The notes beneath the pieces are model-generated. The model was not told the origin of the DNA. It did not search any database and was given only the letters and a program-made list of their open reading frames with translations. The translations under genes and the position numbers were made by a program. From Dehalococcoidia bacterium (lineage in GTDB: Bacteria; Chloroflexota; Dehalococcoidia; Bin125): a stretch of DNA of 64,000 nucleotides. The DNA lies in assembly GCA_963662615.2 (NCBI GenBank), contig CAXXSR010000001.1:1632001-1696000 (forward strand). Direction: 5' to 3'. Positions 60,407-64,000 of the stretch are shown piece after piece; the stretch's first letter is position 1; each line of letters begins with the position of its first letter.

Positions 60407-61108
60407 CTAGGTGCGGGCATGGTCCGTGCTTTCGCGATCGCCCGGGCCGCCGGCGGCGCCGCTGACCGCCGGCATCCGGCTGGAGTCGTCGTAGCCGCCG
60501 GTGAGCGCCACCAGCAGGTGATCTTCAAGGACAGCGACCCGCTCCCAGAGCCCCGCCGCGACGTCAGTGGGGAGGCCGTGTGCGCCGGCGTACGTGCGCA
60601 CGGCTTCATCCATGCCGCGACGAAAATAGGCGAAGGCGGCCACGGCATCGGTCAGGGTGACGCCGGCTTCGCGCAGCAGCGCGGCGTACCGCCGCCCCAG
60701 GGCAGCGGCGGCCGCCTCCAGGGCCGGTCGGTCGGCGGTGGAGGAGAGATAGCGCTCGACCAGCGCGACCGTCTCCCGCCCCAGTTCGGCGAGCCGGTTG
60801 CGCACGTCCGCCCCCAGCCCCACGAGCCACGCGGGCGGCGCGCCATTGTCGCCGTCAAGACGCGCACGAATCCGCTCAATGGCTTCGCCGTCGAACTCGC
60901 GCAGTTCATGCCGGGCTTCCTCCGTCAGCCTGAGAAGATCGCCGCCGAAAAAGCGGCGGTGTCCTCCCGGCGTGCGGAACGTGCGGACCGCGCCTGCGTC
61001 AGCCCAGCGTCGTAGCGTGGACTCGTTGACGCCGAGCGCACGGGAGGCCTCACCCAGGCCGATCCAGTCGCTCTGGCCAGTGCCTCGACGGGATGAAGAT
61101 GTCGCCAA
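60407..61108 (-). CDS. MerR/excisionase-type HTH protein with helical C-terminal domain
   Basis: ASRALGVNESTLRRWADAG...RTPGGHRRF. Confidence 0.75.
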   Translation of the reverse strand: MATSSSRRGTGQSDWIGLGEASRALGVNESTLRRWADAGAVRTFRTPGGHRRFFGGDLLRLTEEARHELREFDGEAIERIRARLDGDNGAPPAWLVGLGADVRNRLAELGRETVALVERYLSSTADRPALEAAAAALGRRYAALLREAGVTLTDAVAAFAYFRRGMDEAVRTYAGAHGLPTDVAAGLWERVAVLEDHLLVALTGGYDDSSRMPAVSGAAGGPGDRESTDHART

Positions 61109-61272
61109 AACTTAGGCAAATCTACAGAAACCTGCTTGAAGCTCGGTCAGTTTATGGCTCTTCAATCGCTGGCACAACCGTTGGCGGGGGAGGGATCGCG
61201 CGGCGAGAGATGAAGCAGGGAGGAGGTGGGGGAGTGCTGCAGCTCGGCGGCGGTCTTGGGTCGCCTCGCCGC

Positions 61273-61755
61273 CTATTCCATTCGCGGTTCGCGGACCTTG
61301 GTCAGCAGTCGCGCAACCTCAATGGCGGCATTCGCCGCTTCCTCACCCTTGTTGCCTGCGGCGCCGCCGGCGCGGGCCAGTGCCAGTTCAACACTCTCGG
61401 TCGCAAGGATCTCAAAGATGCAGGGCACGCCTGTGTCGAGCGCGACCCGGGCGATTCCGCGCGCGGCTTCGTTAGCCACCAGCGAATAGTGATCGGTCTC
61501 CCCCCGGATCACGGCGCCAAGGCAGACGATCGTGTCGTAGCGCCCGCTGCGCGCGGCCACCTGCGCCACCAGCGGCACTTCGAACGAGCCCGGTACCCAG
61601 TACACGTCGACGTCGTCATCGGCGGCGCCGCGCTCGCTCAGGGTCGAAAGGGCCCCATCCAGCAGCTTGCTCGTAATGAAGTCGTTGAAGCGGGCAACGA
61701 CAATGGCGAAGCGAAGGCCGGCGGCATCATGGCCGCCTTCGTAGACCTTCGGCAT
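61273..61755 (-). CDS. ribH: lumazine synthase
   Basis: ARFN, VPGSFEVP, GAVIRGETDHY, GNKG. Confidence 0.95.
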   Translation of the reverse strand: MPKVYEGGHDAAGLRFAIVVARFNDFITSKLLDGALSTLSERGAADDDVDVYWVPGSFEVPLVAQVAARSGRYDTIVCLGAVIRGETDHYSLVANEAARGIARVALDTGVPCIFEILATESVELALARAGGAAGNKGEEAANAAIEVARLLTKVREPRME

Positions 61756-61758
61756 GGG

Positions 61759-63144
61759 CTAGCCGCTCTGGTCGGCGACCGACGGCGTCGTGGTTCCGCG
61801 CTCGGCTACCTCTCGCCGTTCAGGGCTGGGGACGGCGGAAGGTGAGTCCGGCGACGCCTCTGCGCTCTCGTCATCGGGTGGGAAGCTGTCGCCGTCCAGG
61901 ATGTGCCCCATCTTTTCCCGTTTGGTTCCCAGATAGCGGACGTTGTAGGGATTGGGCCGGGCGACAATGGGGACCCGTTCCACGACTTCCAAGCCGTAGC
62001 CGGAGAGGCCGTGTCGCTTCGCCGGGTTGTTGGTGAGCAGGCGGATCTTCGAGATCCCCAAGTCGCGAAGGATCTGCATGCCCACGCCGTAGTCTCGTCG
62101 ATCCGCCGGGAAGCCCAGGACCAGATTCGCTTCCACCGTGTCCAAGCCGTCGTCCTGAAGTGCGTACGCCCGCAGCTTGTTGTGCAGACCGATCCCCCGG
62201 CCCTCTTGGCGCATGTAGACGAAGGCGCCCCGCCCTTCTTCGGCGATTTGCTCCAGCGCGATGTCCATCTGTTCGCCGCAATCGCAGCGCAAGGAGCCGA
62301 AGGCGTCGCCCGTGACGCATTGCGAGTGCACCCGCACGAGGACCGGCTCTTCCACGCGCACGTCGCCCGTGACGAGCGCCAGGTGCTCGTCTCCGTGCCC
62401 GTGCACACGGTAGCCGACGGCGCGGAAGATGCCGAAGCGGGTAGGCAGATTCGCCTCCGTGGTCCGCTCCACCAGTTTCTCAGTCCGGAGCCGATGCTTA
62501 ATGATCTCATCCACGCTGATCATTTTGATTGTGTGCCGTTTTGAGAAGCGCATGAGGTCCGGCAGGCGGGCCATGCTGCCGTCTGCCTTCATGATCTCGC
62601 AGATCACGGCGCCGGGGGGCAGGCTGGCGAGTTTGCACAGGTCCACGCTGGCTTCGGTCTGGCCGGCGCGAACCAGCACCCCTCCCCGCCGGGCACGGAG
62701 GGGAAACATGTGGCCGGGCGAGACGAGGTCCGCCGCCGTGCTCTCCGGATTAATGAGCACATGCACGGTGCGGGCGCGGTCAGAGACGGAGATGCCGGTG
62801 CTGACACCGGTTCGGGCCTCCACGGTGACCGTGAAGGCGGTCCCGTGGGGGGCGGAGTTCTCCCCCTGATCCACCATCAACCGCAGACCCAAGTCGTCCA
62901 GCCGCTCGCCGGTCATCGCCATACAGACGAGACCGCGACCATGCTTGGCCATGAAGTTGATTGATTCCGGCGTGACGAACTGAGCCGGCAAGCTCAGGTC
63001 GCCTTCGTTCTCGCGATCCTCGTCGTCGGTAATGATGACGAAGCGGCCGGCGCGATACTCTTCGATCGCTTCTTCGACCGTGCAAAAGGGGGCGCCGCGC
63101 GGATTCCCCCGCGCTTTCCGGCTCCCCGTCGTCGTGCGTACCAT
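61759..63144 (-). CDS. ribBA: bifunctional DHBP synthase / GTP cyclohydrolase II
   Basis: [10 protein letters not shown]; [16 protein letters not shown]; QEGRGIG; TNNP. Confidence 0.95.
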   Translation of the reverse strand: MVRTTTGSRKARGNPRGAPFCTVEEAIEEYRAGRFVIITDDEDRENEGDLSLPAQFVTPESINFMAKHGRGLVCMAMTGERLDDLGLRLMVDQGENSAPHGTAFTVTVEARTGVSTGISVSDRARTVHVLINPESTAADLVSPGHMFPLRARRGGVLVRAGQTEASVDLCKLASLPPGAVICEIMKADGSMARLPDLMRFSKRHTIKMISVDEIIKHRLRTEKLVERTTEANLPTRFGIFRAVGYRVHGHGDEHLALVTGDVRVEEPVLVRVHSQCVTGDAFGSLRCDCGEQMDIALEQIAEEGRGAFVYMRQEGRGIGLHNKLRAYALQDDGLDTVEANLVLGFPADRRDYGVGMQILRDLGISKIRLLTNNPAKRHGLSGYGLEVVERVPIVARPNPYNVRYLGTKREKMGHILDGDSFPPDDESAEASPDSPSAVPSPERREVAERGTTTPSVADQSG

Positions 63145-63174
63145 CTCTCTCCCCGAACGGTCGAGCGTCCGCCG

Positions 63175-63771
63175 TCAACTCGAGGGTAAGAGCCCTCGCT
63201 CGCCCAGCAGTTCGCCAACGTAGCGGGCCAAGATGTCCGTCTCCAGGTTCACGCGATCACCCGGCTCGCGGTCGAGCAGGTTCGTGTGGGCTTGAGTATA
63301 TGCCACCAGCGAGACTGAGAAGGTGCGCTCTGTCTTGGCGGTGACGGTGACGCTGACGCCGTCGATACAGACTGGGCCCTTCACCACCATGTAGCGAAGC
63401 AGCTCCGACGGCGCCTCATATGTAGCGATGATCGCGTCCGCCTCCGCTGCCAGCGAGCGCAGATTGCCGGTGCCCTCAACGACGCCGCGAACAATGTGAC
63501 CGCTGAGCCGGTCAGTGGGACGGACGGATCGCTCCAGGTTGACGCGGTCGCCCGGGCGCAGTGCTCCCAGGTCGGATCGCCGGTAGGTCTCCGGCATGAC
63601 GTTGGCGGCAAGCGAGCCGGCTTCCAGCTCGGTGACGGTCAGATCCACCCCGTTGATGGCGATGCTGTCGCCGGGCTTTGTGCCTTCAAGCACGAGCGAG
63701 GCGCTGATGCGCAGCACGCCGTCCCGCGCCTCCAGCACGGTTCCTACCTCCTCCACGATCCCCGTGAACAT
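63175..63771 (-). CDS. ribE: riboflavin synthase alpha chain
   Basis: MFTGIVEE, GDRVNLE twice. Confidence 0.93.
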   Translation of the reverse strand: MFTGIVEEVGTVLEARDGVLRISASLVLEGTKPGDSIAINGVDLTVTELEAGSLAANVMPETYRRSDLGALRPGDRVNLERSVRPTDRLSGHIVRGVVEGTGNLRSLAAEADAIIATYEAPSELLRYMVVKGPVCIDGVSVTVTAKTERTFSVSLVAYTQAHTNLLDREPGDRVNLETDILARYVGELLGERGLLPSS

Positions 63772-64000
63772 TGCCGCTCCCCCCGCGCCTTTTCCTTACC
63801 GCAGGTTCAGGGTGGACCGCCGCCCCTTCCCAGCTCTTTGATGCGGAGCGTCACGCCGTCCTCCGTCCGTCTGTAGTAGCGGTAGCCGCGACGCCCCCAC
63901 TCCTCTCGTGAACACGGCGCCATCCCTGAGAGGTCAGTGTCGCCGGTCGTCAGCCAACGGAAGGCGCGGCCGGCGGCGGAAGCTTCCGCCGTGTCCAACA

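Noticed and set aside
63772-64000. FMN riboswitch upstream of ribE
   Set aside because: No RFN consensus visible; the region reads as the tail of an upstream ORF.

Overview
GC-rich bacterial window, probably Chloroflexota/Dehalococcoidia-like (inferred from a DnaN ending VIMPMFVQW and F420/LLM-type genes). Host DNA lies at ~1-10070 (LLM oxidoreductase, MBL-rhodanese, TolB-like lipoprotein, HD-GYP, two enolase-superfamily enzymes) and 52112-64000 (dnaN, haem/sirohaem operon, riboflavin genes). Between them is a ~42 kb island integrated into the last 8 codons of dnaN. The displaced end is at 10071-10096, and a synonymously recoded copy completes dnaN at 52112-52137. Both island ends carry a mirror-image four-gene module that I do not recognise as described: Cre-like tyrosine recombinase A (catalytic set intact), paralog B (catalytic residues lost), a small DNA-binding protein, and a large serine recombinase overlapping the att site. 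A and B carry N-terminal beta-clamp-binding-like motifs. The cargo is a defence island: complete class I DISARM, a QueC-wHTH/partner pair (Qat-like), GmrSD-like DUF262, a RelE-like/UvrD helicase, a truncated TM0106-type nuclease, and decayed type III and type I RM systems. Three IS3-family copies are present, and their flanks suggest an inversion. All calls are by eye from motifs; no database searches were run.
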